Shown: positions 9,107-19,621 of the stretch, piece by piece
How the letters are laid out: the number at the start of each line of letters is the position of its first letter
Numbering within the stretch: position 1 is the first letter of the stretch
Assembly (NCBI GenBank): GCA_963665325.3
Contig: CAXXWS020000004.1
Coordinates: 224,001 to 288,000, forward strand
DNA from: Alphaproteobacteria bacterium
GTDB lineage: Bacteria; Pseudomonadota; Alphaproteobacteria; Bin95
Reading direction: 5' to 3'
Length of the DNA stretch: 64,000 bases
Made by a program: the position numbers and the translations under genes
Notes under the pieces: model-generated
Seen by the model: the letters and a program-made list of their open reading frames with translations, nothing else
Told to the model about the DNA's origin: nothing
The model's database searches: none

Positions 9107-9642
9107 CAGCCCCCGCCGCCGAAACCCGTAGCGCGGGCGCGCGCGCCGAAACCGCCGCGCCGCTGCGTGTAGAGCTTCTTCGCCGGACGGGCCGCGGCAC
9201 GCTCGGAGACCTGCGTGCGGCCGACCTTGTCGCCGACCGAACGGTTGTCCGCCGTGCGGAAGGCCTTGCGGTCGTCCCCCGAACGATATAGCGGCTGCGT
9301 ATAGCCCCGCCCGCCCATCATCTGCCCCATCATGAAACCCGCCATGAGGGGCATGAAGACGCTGCCGCCGGTACTGCCCCGGTAGGGCGAGACCTCGCAG
9401 CCCTCGGCGCCGAAATCGGCTTCGCAATCGGCGCGCGAGTTGTATTTGGGCGAGACCTCGGCGTGTTGCGTCTTCGCCGCATCGAACTCGCCATAACATT
9501 GTTCGGCAGTCAGGCCCTGCTCGGCGACGCACTGCTCGACGGTCTCGAAAATCGCGGTGTCGATCTTCGGTTCCTCGCAGGCCGTCAATGTCAGCGCAGA
9601 AGTGCCCATCATCACGAGAGCGATTTTGCCCGAACGTTTCAT
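9106..9642 (-). CDS. DUF1190 (YgiB-like) lipoprotein
   Basis: LTAC lipobox, PKY..DCEADFG, FMPLMAGFMMG, QPLYR and RGGFG; adjacent to YgiC-like gene. Confidence 0.85.
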   Translation of the reverse strand: MKRSGKIALVMMGTSALTLTACEEPKIDTAIFETVEQCVAEQGLTAEQCYGEFDAAKTQHAEVSPKYNSRADCEADFGAEGCEVSPYRGSTGGSVFMPLMAGFMMGQMMGGRGYTQPLYRSGDDRKAFRTADNRSVGDKVGRTQVSERAAARPAKKLYTQRRGGFGARARATGFGGGG

Positions 9643-9670
9643 GGCGTCTCCTTCCTTCGGTCTCGAAGAC

Positions 9671-10840
9671 TCACCGCGCGAGCCGCATCTCGACCAGATT
9701 GGCGAAATAGCTCGAGCCGATGGGCAGCACATCGTCGTTGAAGTCGTAGCGGGGGTGGTGCAGCCCAGGGTCCTCGCCGGTCACGCCGCCGCCGAGCCAG
9801 ATATAGGCGCCGGGGCGCTCGAGAAGCATGTAGGAAAAGTCTTCCCCGCCCATCACCGGCGGCACGGTGGCGTCCACCTTTGCATCGCCGACCGTGGCGG
9901 CCGCGGCAGCAGCGGCGAACCCTGTCTCGCGGTCGTGATTAACGGTGGGCGGATAGCCGCGCTCGTAGCGGAAGTCCGCGCCGCCGCCCATCGCCGTCGC
10001 CACAGCCTCGGCGATACGCGTCATGCCGGCCTCCATGGCGTCGCGCATATCGGGATCGAATGTCCGTACCGTCCCGTCGAGCGAGGCCGTGTCCGGGATC
10101 ACGTTGAAGGCCGTGCCGGCGTGGAACATGGTCGTGCTGATGACGGCCGACTTGATCGGGTCGGCCGTGCGCGACACAAGTGTCTGCCAGGCCATGACGA
10201 TCTGCGCCCCGATGGCGACCGGATCGATGGAGAGATGCGGCATGGCGGCGTGCCCGCCCTTGCCCTGGACGGTCAGCGAGAACCGGTCCGCCGCTGCCAT
10301 CATCGGACCCGGCACGACGCCGATCGTGCCGGCGGGAAGCATCGGCGCATTGTGCAGGCCGTAAACCTCATCGCAGGGGAAGCGCTCAAACAGGCCCTCC
10401 TCGACCATCTTGAGGCCGCCGGCGCCGCCTTCCTCCGCCGGCTGGAAGATCACATTCACGGTGCCGTCGAAATTGCGTGTCTCGGCGAGGTATTTGGCGG
10501 CGCCGAGCAGCATCGTCGTGTGGCCGTCATGCCCGCAGGCATGCATCCGCCCGGGATGGACCGACTTCCACGGAGAGTCGTTCTCCTCGTCCATAGACAG
10601 GCAATCCATGTCGGCGCGTAGGCCGATGGTGCGCCCGGACGACCCGTTCCCACGGATGACGCCGACCAGGCCGGTGCCGGCGACATTCCGCGTCACCTCG
10701 ACGCCCCAGCTTGCCAGACGCTCCGCGACAAGCTCCGACGTCCGGTGCTCCTCGTAGCCGAGTTCGGGATGCATGTGGATGTCGCGCCGCCATTCGGTCA
10801 ACAGGTCGTGGTCGGCGGCGATGGAATTGACAATCGGCAT
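9671..10840 (-). CDS. M20 amidohydrolase (hippurate hydrolase-like)
   Basis: HMHPELG, LRADMD, MHACGHDGH, FQPAEEG and GEDF motifs. Confidence 0.92.
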   Translation of the reverse strand: MPIVNSIAADHDLLTEWRRDIHMHPELGYEEHRTSELVAERLASWGVEVTRNVAGTGLVGVIRGNGSSGRTIGLRADMDCLSMDEENDSPWKSVHPGRMHACGHDGHTTMLLGAAKYLAETRNFDGTVNVIFQPAEEGGAGGLKMVEEGLFERFPCDEVYGLHNAPMLPAGTIGVVPGPMMAAADRFSLTVQGKGGHAAMPHLSIDPVAIGAQIVMAWQTLVSRTADPIKSAVISTTMFHAGTAFNVIPDTASLDGTVRTFDPDMRDAMEAGMTRIAEAVATAMGGGADFRYERGYPPTVNHDRETGFAAAAAAATVGDAKVDATVPPVMGGEDFSYMLLERPGAYIWLGGGVTGEDPGLHHPRYDFNDDVLPIGSSYFANLVEMRLAR

Positions 10841-10846
10841 GGGCTC

Positions 10847-12241
10847 TCAGGCCTCCCTGGCTGCTTCCGTTCGGGACGGCGCGGCAACTGCCGCTACATC
10901 CTCTGTCTCAAGCTCCTGCTCGATAGCGGCGATCGCGGCTGCCTGGCCGGGCGCCGGCGGGGCCGGCGGCCGCCACTCCAGACTATCGAAAACTCCACAA
11001 TGGGGACAGGTGCCGCTCCATTCGGCAGCCAGGACGCTGCACGCCCGGCAGAACCAGGCCGGATCCCCCGGCGCCTGCCTTGCCCGCGCCAGCCAGCTCC
11101 TGGCGCCTTCCGTGTCGCCCTCGCCGAGCGCGACGCTGGCCATCTGGCGGCAGATGCGCGCGGACGCGCCCTCGCCGACAAGCGGCTCGACCAGCTTGCG
11201 GGCTTCCGCCTGCTGTCCGGCCCCCAGTGCCAGATCTGCCAGCAGCAAGCGCGTGTCGGGCCGCCCCGACTCGCCCTTGAACAGACGCTGGCCCTGACTA
11301 AACCGCACAGCCGGCGTCAGGCGGCTCCACAGCCCTTCCAACGCCTCGGCCAGCATTGGATGGGGGGCCTTCATCCAGCCGTCGCGAAGGACCTTCTCCG
11401 CGCGGCTGCCATGGCCGGCGACGCCTTCCAGACGCGCGGCGCGCGCCGTGGCCGCAGGAAGGGAGGGGTCGAGTTGCCAGGCGGAGCGGGCATGTTTCAA
11501 AGCCGCGGTATTGTCTCCGCGCTCCTCCGCGAGACGGGACCTCTCCACGGCTACAACGGCGCGCCTGCGCTTCAGGTCTTCGCCACGGACGAGTTTCCGG
11601 CCAGCCAGCGCCTCCAGCGCAGCGGACGCACCGTCCCAGTCGCCGTTCGCCGTGCGGAGGTCGAACAGTGCTTCCAGCACCCAGGGCGTGCCCGGCCGCT
11701 CCTTCTGCGCGCGCGCGGTAATCGCGAGCGCCTCGTCCCGGTCTCCGGCGCGGCTGGCCTGCGCCATCAGGCCGCGCAGTCCGAGCAGGCTGGTCTCAGG
11801 CTCGTCCACCATCGCCTCGAAGAACCGCCGGGCCGCACTGTCGTCGCCATCGAGCTGCGCCGCCTGGGCCGCGAGCAGCAGGGTTAACGGCGCGCCGTCG
11901 AGCAGCCGGTCGGCCTCGCGCGCCCGGCGTTTGGCTTCGTCGGCAGCGCCTGCCGCAACCGCCACCATGCCGAGGCTCAACGCCCGGTATCCCCGTTCGC
12001 GGCGTCGCCCCGCCCGCCCGAACCGCATCGCCTGCGGCGTGCGCCGAAGTGCCAGCCAGAACCGATATGAGAAAGCCGCCAGCAGACCGAAGAACAGGAG
12101 CGCCACCAGTAGTCCACCGGTCCGCGCATTGATACGCCAATCCCCCAGGCTGAATTCGCCATCGCCCGGCAGTTGCGCCAGCCAGACGGCGGCGCCAACG
12201 ACGAGGCCGATCTTGAACAGCGTCCAGAGCAGGCGGATCAT
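10847..12241 (-). CDS. hemY: Heme biosynthesis-associated HemY (TPR) protein
   Basis: N-terminal TM segments, TPR-like helices, C-terminal CxxC..CPxC; hemC-hemD synteny. Confidence 0.8.
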   Translation of the reverse strand: MIRLLWTLFKIGLVVGAAVWLAQLPGDGEFSLGDWRINARTGGLLVALLFFGLLAAFSYRFWLALRRTPQAMRFGRAGRRRERGYRALSLGMVAVAAGAADEAKRRAREADRLLDGAPLTLLLAAQAAQLDGDDSAARRFFEAMVDEPETSLLGLRGLMAQASRAGDRDEALAITARAQKERPGTPWVLEALFDLRTANGDWDGASAALEALAGRKLVRGEDLKRRRAVVAVERSRLAEERGDNTAALKHARSAWQLDPSLPAATARAARLEGVAGHGSRAEKVLRDGWMKAPHPMLAEALEGLWSRLTPAVRFSQGQRLFKGESGRPDTRLLLADLALGAGQQAEARKLVEPLVGEGASARICRQMASVALGEGDTEGARSWLARARQAPGDPAWFCRACSVLAAEWSGTCPHCGVFDSLEWRPPAPPAPGQAAAIAAIEQELETEDVAAVAAPSRTEAAREA

Positions 12242-13503
12242 CTGCTGTCCCTGGCAGTCAACGCCTCCAGCTCGGCGTCGGCCGCCAGCCTGTCCGTGGC
12301 GACAGCGAGCCAGCCGTCGAAAGGCGGCGGCAGGTCGCCGCCGAGTTCCGCGACCGCGCCAGCGAGGTCGCCGTCCTCGATATGGGCTTCCGCTCGCCCG
12401 AGAGCCGCGTCGGGACCGTCGCCCGGCAAGTCCTTGGCTACCTCGCGAACGCTCACGACATCGGAGAGCCGGCCGATCACGTCATCGAGCCAGGGCCTGC
12501 CGGTGACCCCTTCCGGCCGGACGGTGCGGGCACGCGCCAATTGCTTGAATTGCCTTGCCAACCCGTTCGGGGTCGGCAGGCCCTGTTCGGCGCGCGCCGT
12601 CCACGAGCCGAAGCCGGGATCGCCGGTCGCCCGCAGCGCCTCCAGTTCCTTCTTGAACGGAGTGCCGGAATCGACGGCGAACCTGAGACGCGCAACCGCC
12701 AGCTTCGCCGTCTCGCCGGCCTCGTCCGACCGGGCCAAGCTCCCGACAGCGTTGCGAAGCGCGGCCAGTTCCGCAAGCGCCTTGTCCGCCGCTGCGCCGG
12801 CTTCGACCGCCGCGCGGTCCGCCGCCGCCAGCTGCGCCTCCAGACCGTCCGCCCGGTCGCCTCCCTCGAGCCCTTCCAGACGCATTTCCAGCCCCGTAAC
12901 CGCAGCCTTGAGGGATGCCAGCGCCGGGTCGGCAACCGGCTCTGCCGTACCTTCGCCCGCCGGCCGCGCCTCCAGGACGGCGAGCCGTTCTTCCAACCCG
13001 CCCATTTGCGCGGCGACGGCGGGATCGACTGGCGGCTCCGCCTGCTCAAGGTTGGCAATCCGCTCTTCCAGTGTCTCCAGCCGCGCATCCAGTCGTTGTT
13101 CGAACCCCTCCAGGGCGCTCCGCAGGGCGGTCGCCTCCCCGGCTACCGCTTCGCTTTTCTCCCGGTTCGCCGCTATCGCGGCCGAGTGCGCGTCCACCTG
13201 CGCCCGATCGGCCGCCTTGCCCTCCACTTGCGACAACCGGCCGGCAAGGCGCTCGATATCGCCCGCTGTCGCCATGTCCGGCGGCTTGCCGGCGAGGAAG
13301 AGGGCAAGGCGCTCCGGCTGGCCCGCGACCAGGTAGCCGAGCGCCGCGATGAGGACGACCGGCAGGAGCCAGAGCAACAGGAACAGCCGTCCGCGCCGCC
13401 GGCGACGGGCGGCCGGTTCACCGGCCGTGGAGTCGTCCGCGACCGCTTCGACCTCTATCGGCTCCGCCTCGAGGACCGCCTCGTCTCCCGGTCGATCCGT
13501 CAT
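12238..13503 (-). CDS. COG4223 / mitofilin-like coiled-coil membrane protein
   Basis: Single TM plus coiled coil, G.PF..EL motif; lies between hemD and hemY. Confidence 0.75.
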   Translation of the reverse strand: MTDRPGDEAVLEAEPIEVEAVADDSTAGEPAARRRRRGRLFLLLWLLPVVLIAALGYLVAGQPERLALFLAGKPPDMATAGDIERLAGRLSQVEGKAADRAQVDAHSAAIAANREKSEAVAGEATALRSALEGFEQRLDARLETLEERIANLEQAEPPVDPAVAAQMGGLEERLAVLEARPAGEGTAEPVADPALASLKAAVTGLEMRLEGLEGGDRADGLEAQLAAADRAAVEAGAAADKALAELAALRNAVGSLARSDEAGETAKLAVARLRFAVDSGTPFKKELEALRATGDPGFGSWTARAEQGLPTPNGLARQFKQLARARTVRPEGVTGRPWLDDVIGRLSDVVSVREVAKDLPGDGPDAALGRAEAHIEDGDLAGAVAELGGDLPPPFDGWLAVATDRLAADAELEALTARDSR

Positions 13504-14246
13504 TGCCGTCCTTCGCCAGTGACGCCGGGCGTTTCCAGGATACGGTCCACTTCCGCCATCATCGCCTCGTGATCCGGTCGGCCGGCGATGCGGACCTCGC
13601 GCCACGCAACGCCTTCCAGAGCCCGGCCCACGGCCTCGCTGAGGACGCAGGCATGAACGGAACGGCAGGACTCTTCGATGCCGCTTCGCAGCGCCAATTT
13701 AGCAAACACCGCCGCCGTCCGGGGAGAGAAAAACAGGGCGAGGCAAAGACGCCCGGCCGCCAGTTCCCCGACGAGCGCCGGGCTGAACGCCTCCGCGGCG
13801 CGGGCACGGTAAAGCACCTCCCGCCGCACCGCGAACCCCGCCGCCGCCAGGCTGCCGGCAAGGTCTCCCGCAACGGCCTCGCCCGACGCATGGAGCAGGG
13901 GTCCCGCCGAGGGCTTGCAATGCGCCGCCGCCAGCCTCGCCAGTGCGCGGGCATCGCCAGCCGCGCTCTCGACCCGAAGGAAGCCCGCCACGCGCGCTTC
14001 TCGCGCCGTTGCATCTCCCGCCGCAAAGGACGGCAAGCCCCGCTCCGGCGAGGCCGCCGCAAAGGCGCGCACGCCGTTCGCGCTGGTGAAAAGCAGGGTC
14101 TGCACTCCCGCGAGGTCGAGGGCCGGCGCCGGCAGGAACTCGATCTTGAGCATCGGCTCCACAAGGGCGCTGATGCCGCGCGCCGCCAGCGCGTCGACGG
14201 TGCGGCCGGCATCGCGCAACGGCCGGGTGACGAGGGCCCGGTTCAC
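13500..14246 (-). CDS. hemD: Uroporphyrinogen-III synthase
   Basis: LVTRP, FTSANGV, GDATA and FFSPRTA motifs; GTG start overlapping the hemC stop. Confidence 0.88.
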   Translation of the reverse strand: MNRALVTRPLRDAGRTVDALAARGISALVEPMLKIEFLPAPALDLAGVQTLLFTSANGVRAFAAASPERGLPSFAAGDATAREARVAGFLRVESAAGDARALARLAAAHCKPSAGPLLHASGEAVAGDLAGSLAAAGFAVRREVLYRARAAEAFSPALVGELAAGRLCLALFFSPRTAAVFAKLALRSGIEESCRSVHACVLSEAVGRALEGVAWREVRIAGRPDHEAMMAEVDRILETPGVTGEGRQ

Positions 14247-15148
14247 GCCTCCAGCGCCCCCGGCGGCGCATCCGCGCGGAGCGCTTCCCCGGCGTCGAGC
14301 CCGATTGTCCGCGCGTCCGCAGCAGGGCCAGCGCGGCAAATCTCCCGCATCTCCGTCCCGTCCGGCGTGAGCAGACGGCCCCGAAGGACGAGCTCACCGT
14401 CCTGGAGGTTGGCATGGGCAGCAATGGGCGTCCTGCAGGACCCGTCGAGCGACGCGAGCAGGGCGCGCTCGGCTGCAACGCAACAGGAGGTGGGTTCGTG
14501 GTCGATGGCGGCCAGCCGTGCATGCAAAACACTGTCCCCGGCACGGCATTCGATGCCGATTGCGCCCTGCCCCGCCGCCGGCAGCATCTCCTCCGGTGCG
14601 ATGGGGGCGGCGCGCTCCGTCATGTCGAGCCGCGCGAGGCCCGCCATGGCGAGGAAGGTCGCATCGAACTCCCCGACGCGCACCCGCTCCAGCCGCGTTT
14701 GGACATTGCCGCGGATGAGCGCCGGCACAAGGTCCGGGCGCCGGGCCAACATCTGCGCCTGCCGGCGGAGCGAGGCCGTGCCGATGCGCGCGCCGGGCGG
14801 CAATTCGGCCAGCGTCCGCGCGCCTCCCGCCAGACCGTCGCGGGGATCTTCGCGCTCCAGCATGGCGGCCAGGACGAAGCCCTCCGGAAGAACGGTCTCC
14901 AGGTCCTTCACCGAGTGGACGGCGGCGTCGATTCGCCCCTCCGCCAGCGCCGCCTCGATTTCCTTCGCGAACAGGCCCTTGCCGCCGATGTCAGCCAGCC
15001 GGCGGTCGCGTATCCGGTCGCCGGTCGTGCGGATCGTGACGATCTCGATATCGAGGTCCGGCTCGCGAGCCCGCAATGCGGCGGCGGCCTGCTCCGCCTG
15101 CCGGAGAGCGAGCGGACTGCCCCGCGTGCCGAGACGGATCTTCGCCAT
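14243..15148 (-). CDS. hemC: Hydroxymethylbilane synthase
   Basis: [41 protein letters not shown] and GSCRTPI motifs. Confidence 0.95.
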   Translation of the reverse strand: MAKIRLGTRGSPLALRQAEQAAAALRAREPDLDIEIVTIRTTGDRIRDRRLADIGGKGLFAKEIEAALAEGRIDAAVHSVKDLETVLPEGFVLAAMLEREDPRDGLAGGARTLAELPPGARIGTASLRRQAQMLARRPDLVPALIRGNVQTRLERVRVGEFDATFLAMAGLARLDMTERAAPIAPEEMLPAAGQGAIGIECRAGDSVLHARLAAIDHEPTSCCVAAERALLASLDGSCRTPIAAHANLQDGELVLRGRLLTPDGTEMREICRAGPAADARTIGLDAGEALRADAPPGALEA

Positions 15149-15175
15149 GCGCTGCGAGTTACCCCTTCCGGCCGC

Positions 15176-15245
15176 CGGGCGCAATCCGCCGCGCCCGCCA
15201 ACGGGCGCAATCAACCGCCGCGCCCGCCAACGGGCGCAATCCGCC
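15176..15245. repeat. Tandem palindromic repeat (~2.5 units)
   Basis: Two full units of 26 and 29 bp (CGGGCGCAATC..CGCCGCGCCCGCCAA) plus a partial unit; each full unit has a CGGGCGC/GCGCCCG stem. Confidence 0.8.
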
Positions 15246-15283
15246 ATTGCACAGGGACACGGGGCCTGTATCGTCCTGCCGCC

Positions 15284-16300
15284 ATGCGGGTCCTCGGCAT
15301 CGAAACGAGTTGCGACGAGACGGCGGCGGCCGTGGTGGACGCCGACCGGCGCATTCTCGCCGAGCGGCTGCTGTCCCAGACCCGCGAACACGCACCCTAT
15401 GGCGGCGTCGTGCCCGAAATCGCGGCCCGCGCCCATCTCGACCATCTCGACCGGCTCGTGGCGGAGACGATGGCGGAGGCCGGCCTCGGTTTCGCCGACC
15501 TTGACGGAATCGCGGCAGCCGCCGGGCCCGGCCTGATCGGCGGCCTGCTGGTCGGGGCGACCACGGCGAAGGTGATGGCTCTTGCGAGCGGCCGGCCCTT
15601 CCTGGCCGTCAATCATCTGGAGGCGCATGCCCTCACAGCGCGCCTCACGGACGGCCTCGACTTCCCCTATCTGCTTCTGCTGGTATCCGGCGGGCACACG
15701 CAACTGCTGGGGGTCGAGGACGTCGGGCGCTACCGGCTTTATGGCGAGACCGAGGACGACGCGCTGGGCGAGGCCTTCGACAAGACTGCCCGGCTGCTCG
15801 GGCTGGGCTTTCCCGGCGGGCCGGCAGTCGAGAAGGCGGCGGAGACCGGCGATCCGGCGCGGTTCCGCCTGCCTCGGCCGCTCGCCGGACGGCCGGGCGC
15901 GGGCTTCTCCTTTTCCGGCCTCAAGACCGCACTGCGCCGCGCCGTCGAGGCGCTGCCCGCGCCGGACGAGCAGGACATTGCCGATCTCGCCGCCTCATTC
16001 CAGGCCGCCGCCGCCGACACGCTAGCCGACCGTACCGCCAATGCCGCCGCCATGTTCCGGCAGGACTGCCCGGCGGGCTGCGTGCTGGTGGCCGCAGGGG
16101 GCGTCGCCGCAAATCGCAGCCTCAGGGCGCGCCTGGAACGAGTGGCGGAGGAGCACGGCTTCGACTTCTTCGCCCCGCCGGCCCGCCTCTGCACCGACAA
16201 TGCCGCCATGATCGCCTGGGCGGGACTGGAGCGGCTGCGCCTCGGCGAGCGCGACGGCCTCGACTTCCGGCCGCGCCCCCGCTGGCCGCTCGCTTCGTGA
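15284..16300 (+). CDS. tsaD: tRNA t6A37 threonylcarbamoyltransferase subunit TsaD
   Basis: [40 protein letters not shown] and TDNAAMIA motifs. Confidence 0.96.
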   Translation: MRVLGIETSCDETAAAVVDADRRILAERLLSQTREHAPYGGVVPEIAARAHLDHLDRLVAETMAEAGLGFADLDGIAAAAGPGLIGGLLVGATTAKVMALASGRPFLAVNHLEAHALTARLTDGLDFPYLLLLVSGGHTQLLGVEDVGRYRLYGETEDDALGEAFDKTARLLGLGFPGGPAVEKAAETGDPARFRLPRPLAGRPGAGFSFSGLKTALRRAVEALPAPDEQDIADLAASFQAAAADTLADRTANAAAMFRQDCPAGCVLVAAGGVAANRSLRARLERVAEEHGFDFFAPPARLCTDNAAMIAWAGLERLRLGERDGLDFRPRPRWPLAS

Positions 16301-16310
16301 ACGCGCCGGC

Positions 16311-17165
16311 ATGAAGGTCGGCGTGCTGGGCGCGGGCGCATGGGGACGGGCGCTCGCGAAAACGGCGGAGCGCGCCGGGCACGAGGTTGCGCTCTGGAGC
16401 CGGGCCAGTAGCGGCCGCCGCTTCGAGGCTGCCGCTTCGGCCGATGTCGTGGTTTTGGCAGTGCCGGCCCAGGCCATGGCCGAACTGGCCGCCCGGCTCG
16501 ACCCCGAAAAGACACGCGGCGCGCTCGTAATCGCCGCCAAGGGGCTGGAGCGCGGCACGGGCCGGCTGATGAGCGAGGTGCTCGGCCCCGGCTTCGCCGC
16601 CGGCGCGTTGTCCGGCCCTAATTTCGCGGCCGAGATTGCCGCCGGCCTGCCGGCGGCAGCAGTGCTGGCGGGCGCGCCGCAGGCCGCCTTTGCGACCAGC
16701 GGCTTTCGTGTCTATGAAAGCCGTGATGTCGTCGGAGTGCAGCTTTGCGGGGCGCTGAAGAATGTCATCGCCATCGCGGCGGGGATCACCGAAGGACGCC
16801 GGCTCGGCGAGAACGCCCGCGCCGCGCTGGTTACACGCGGGCTCGCGGAAATCCGCCGCCTCGTGATTGCCGAGGGCGGCGAGGCGGAGACGGTTGCGGG
16901 GCTCGCCGGACTCGGCGACCTGATGCTGACCGCGACCGGCCCCACATCGCGCAACTACGCCTACGGGATGGCGCTCGGCCAGGGCGAACCGCCGCCCGAC
17001 GCGCTCGCCGAAGGCGCGTCCACGGCTGAACCCGCGCTCCTCCGCGCGGCGCGCGCCGGCGTGGAACTGCCGATTGCAGCGGCCGTCGCGGATATTGTCG
17101 CCGGGCGCGTCGATATCGAATCCGCTATGAAGCGATTGCTTGCCCGCCGCGCCGGCCGCGAATGA
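16311..17165 (+). CDS. gpsA: NAD(P)H-dependent glycerol-3-phosphate dehydrogenase (short form)
   Basis: GAGAWG, KGLE, LSGPNFA, GALKNVIAIA, GLGDL and SRN motifs. Confidence 0.88.
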   Translation: MKVGVLGAGAWGRALAKTAERAGHEVALWSRASSGRRFEAAASADVVVLAVPAQAMAELAARLDPEKTRGALVIAAKGLERGTGRLMSEVLGPGFAAGALSGPNFAAEIAAGLPAAAVLAGAPQAAFATSGFRVYESRDVVGVQLCGALKNVIAIAAGITEGRRLGENARAALVTRGLAEIRRLVIAEGGEAETVAGLAGLGDLMLTATGPTSRNYAYGMALGQGEPPPDALAEGASTAEPALLRAARAGVELPIAAAVADIVAGRVDIESAMKRLLARRAGRE

Positions 17166-17190
17166 CCGGAGAGGAAGAGGAAACCGCCCG

Positions 17191-17604
17191 ATGAATTACT
17201 GGCTGTTCAAGAGCGAGCCCGGCGCCTGGTCCTGGCAAAACCAGCTGGACGCCGGCACGGCGGAATGGGACGGCGTGCGCAACCACCAGGCCGCCAACAA
17301 CATGAGAGCGATGCGCGTCGGCGACCGGGGCTTCTTCTACCATTCGGTCGGCGAACGCATGATCGTCGGCACGGTCGAGGTAGTGAAGGAATACTACCCC
17401 GACCCGACCGATGCCTCGGGTCGCTTCGGCATGGTGGATGTACGCGCCGTCGAGAGCGCGGTCCGCCCGGTGAGCCTCGCCGAGATTAAGGCCGACCCGG
17501 ATTTCGCCGAACTCCCGCTCGTCCGCCAGTCGCGGCTCTCCGTCTCGCCGGTGCCGGCCCCGCTCTGGGCCAAGCTCTGCGCGATGGCCGGCGTCGCCGG
17601 CTGA
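17191..17604 (+). CDS. EVE domain protein
   Basis: YWLFKSEP, WDGVRNHQA, FYHS and RLSVSPV motifs. Confidence 0.93.
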   Translation: MNYWLFKSEPGAWSWQNQLDAGTAEWDGVRNHQAANNMRAMRVGDRGFFYHSVGERMIVGTVEVVKEYYPDPTDASGRFGMVDVRAVESAVRPVSLAEIKADPDFAELPLVRQSRLSVSPVPAPLWAKLCAMAGVAG

Positions 17605-17616
17605 CTCGCCCGGCGC

Positions 17617-18492
17617 ATGGGCTGGCTCGATCGAATCGCAGAGTGCAATAGGCACAACCTTTCAGGCTTCCTGCCCTTCGAGGTCGGTGAGACAAGGATC
17701 GGCTGGGTCCGCCGCAGTCTGGCGGAGCGGCTTGCCGAACGGCCGGAAGTCTTCGCCGTCGGGGCCGAGCGGGTCGATTTCGCGCCCGCCCTCGACACGC
17801 CCGAGCAGCGGACCGCCGGGCTCGCCGAAGTCGTCGATGAATGGCACCGGAGCGGCCTGCTGCGCCGGGTCAGCGGGGAGTTGCTCGCGGTCGGAGCGGG
17901 AATAGGGGAAACGCCGCTTTTCCTGATCGACCGCTCGGCCGTGCAGGCCTTCGGCTTCAGCGCGGTGGGCGTGCATGTCAACGGCTATGTGCGCGGCGAT
18001 GACGGGCTGCATGTCTGGACCGCGGAGCGCGCCGCCGGGCGCCACAGCTATCCGGGCATGCTCGACAATGTGGTGGCCGGGGGGCAGCCAGCCGGCCTTT
18101 CGCTCCGGGAGAATGTCGTCAAGGAAGCTGCGGAGGAAGCCGGCATTCCACAGGCGCTCGCGGAGCGCGCCCGGCCCGCCGGCGCCGTCACCTATTGCCT
18201 CGAAACCGAAGCGGGCCTGCGCCCCGACATCCTCTATGTATACGACCTCGAGCTTCCCGCCGGCTTCCAGCCCCGCAATGTCGATGGCGAGGTCGCGCAT
18301 TTCGAGCTCTGGCCGGTGGAGCGCCTGGCGGAAGCGGTCCGGGACACAAGGCGGTTCAAGTTCAACTGCAATCTCGTGATTATCGACTTCCTCATCCGCC
18401 GCGGCGTTCTCGGTCCGGAAGACCCGGACTATCTGGCCATCCTGGCGGGCCTCCGCCCGGCGCTCCCCATCGATCCCTGGCGGTTGTGGTAG
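17617..18492 (+). CDS. NUDIX hydrolase with DUF4743-like N-terminus
   Basis: GVHVNGY, DNVVAGG..KEAAEEAG (Nudix box), DGEV and KFNC. Confidence 0.85.
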   Translation: MGWLDRIAECNRHNLSGFLPFEVGETRIGWVRRSLAERLAERPEVFAVGAERVDFAPALDTPEQRTAGLAEVVDEWHRSGLLRRVSGELLAVGAGIGETPLFLIDRSAVQAFGFSAVGVHVNGYVRGDDGLHVWTAERAAGRHSYPGMLDNVVAGGQPAGLSLRENVVKEAAEEAGIPQALAERARPAGAVTYCLETEAGLRPDILYVYDLELPAGFQPRNVDGEVAHFELWPVERLAEAVRDTRRFKFNCNLVIIDFLIRRGVLGPEDPDYLAILAGLRPALPIDPWRLW

Positions 18493-18525
18493 GCTTTTCC
18501 GGCACGGGCGAGGCAGGAGGCTCCT

Positions 18526-19419
18526 ATGGTCCACGATGTCCTGAATGACGGTTTCCTGGAGATAATCGACCCGGATACGGCGCCGGAGCAGATCGGCAGC
18601 GGCTTCGATTTCACCGAGGGGCCGGTCTGGCATCCGCGCGAGAAGACGGTGATTTTCAGCGACATGCCGGGCAACCATATGCGCGTTTGGACCGAAGCCG
18701 GCGGCGTCAACACCTTCCGCAAGCCGAGCGATATGGCGAACGGCAATGCCTACGATCTGGAAGGCCGGCTCGTCACCTGCGAGCACGCTACCAGCCGGGT
18801 GACGCGCACCGGCCATGACGGCGGGATCGAGGTGCTCGCCAGCCACTATGACGGCAAGGAGCTCAACAGCCCGAACGACGTCATCGTGGCCTCGGACGGC
18901 GCAATTATCTTCACCGATCCGGGCTTCGGCCGCATGGCCTATTACGGCGTCGAGCGCGAGCCCGAACTCGGCTTCCGCGGCGTTTACCGCCTGGATGCCG
19001 GCGGCGGCGAAGCGCGCCTGCTCGCGTCGGACTTCGACCAGCCGAACGGCCTCTGCCTCTCGCTCGACGAAAAGCGGCTCTGGATCAATGACACCATGCG
19101 CGGCCATATCCGCGTTTTCGACGTCGACGCAGACGGCTCGCTCGCTTCCGGCCGCATCTGGGCCGAGGTTGCGGGCGAGGGGCCGGGCGCGCCCGACGGC
19201 ATGAAGATCGATGCGGAGGAGCGCATCTACTGCACAGGCCCCGGCCCCGGCATCCATGTGTTCGCCCGCGACGCCACGCCCCTCGGCATCATCCGTATCC
19301 CGGAAGGCGTCGCCAATTTCTGTTTCGGCGGCGCCGACATGCGCACCCTCTTCGTAACCGCCTCAACCTCGCTCTACCGCGTCCCCCTGCACGCCGCCGG
19401 GCCGGCATTGCGGTTCTGA
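18526..19419 (+). CDS. SMP-30/gluconolactonase family protein
   Basis: FTEGPVW, LNSPND, PNGLCLS and PDGMKID motifs. Confidence 0.92.
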   Translation: MVHDVLNDGFLEIIDPDTAPEQIGSGFDFTEGPVWHPREKTVIFSDMPGNHMRVWTEAGGVNTFRKPSDMANGNAYDLEGRLVTCEHATSRVTRTGHDGGIEVLASHYDGKELNSPNDVIVASDGAIIFTDPGFGRMAYYGVEREPELGFRGVYRLDAGGGEARLLASDFDQPNGLCLSLDEKRLWINDTMRGHIRVFDVDADGSLASGRIWAEVAGEGPGAPDGMKIDAEERIYCTGPGPGIHVFARDATPLGIIRIPEGVANFCFGGADMRTLFVTASTSLYRVPLHAAGPALRF

Positions 19420-19503
19420 ACTTCCGGAAACCGGAAATGGCGAGTTGGAAACCCGACTCGTCGCTCCAGGTGTCCGCCAGCGGGGCGGCAACCGGAGCAC
19501 AAC

Positions 19504-19605
19504 CGTCACCCTGGCCGGAGCCAAGCGAAGGGCCGGGGGCCATTTCCCGACCTTCCCACCGAACGCAACCGGTCAGGGACGGACCCGCGCCTTTGCTGGG
19601 TGACG
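19504..19605. repeat. Degenerate intergenic palindromic (REP/MITE-like) element
   Basis: CGTCACCC...GGGTGACG terminal IR with an internal CCTGGCC..GGCCGGG stem, between convergent genes. Confidence 0.5.
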
Positions 19606-19621
19606 AAAAGGGCCGGGGCCT

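Noticed and set aside
15176-15245. Mini CRISPR array
   Set aside because: Units are directly adjacent without unique spacers, and there are no cas genes
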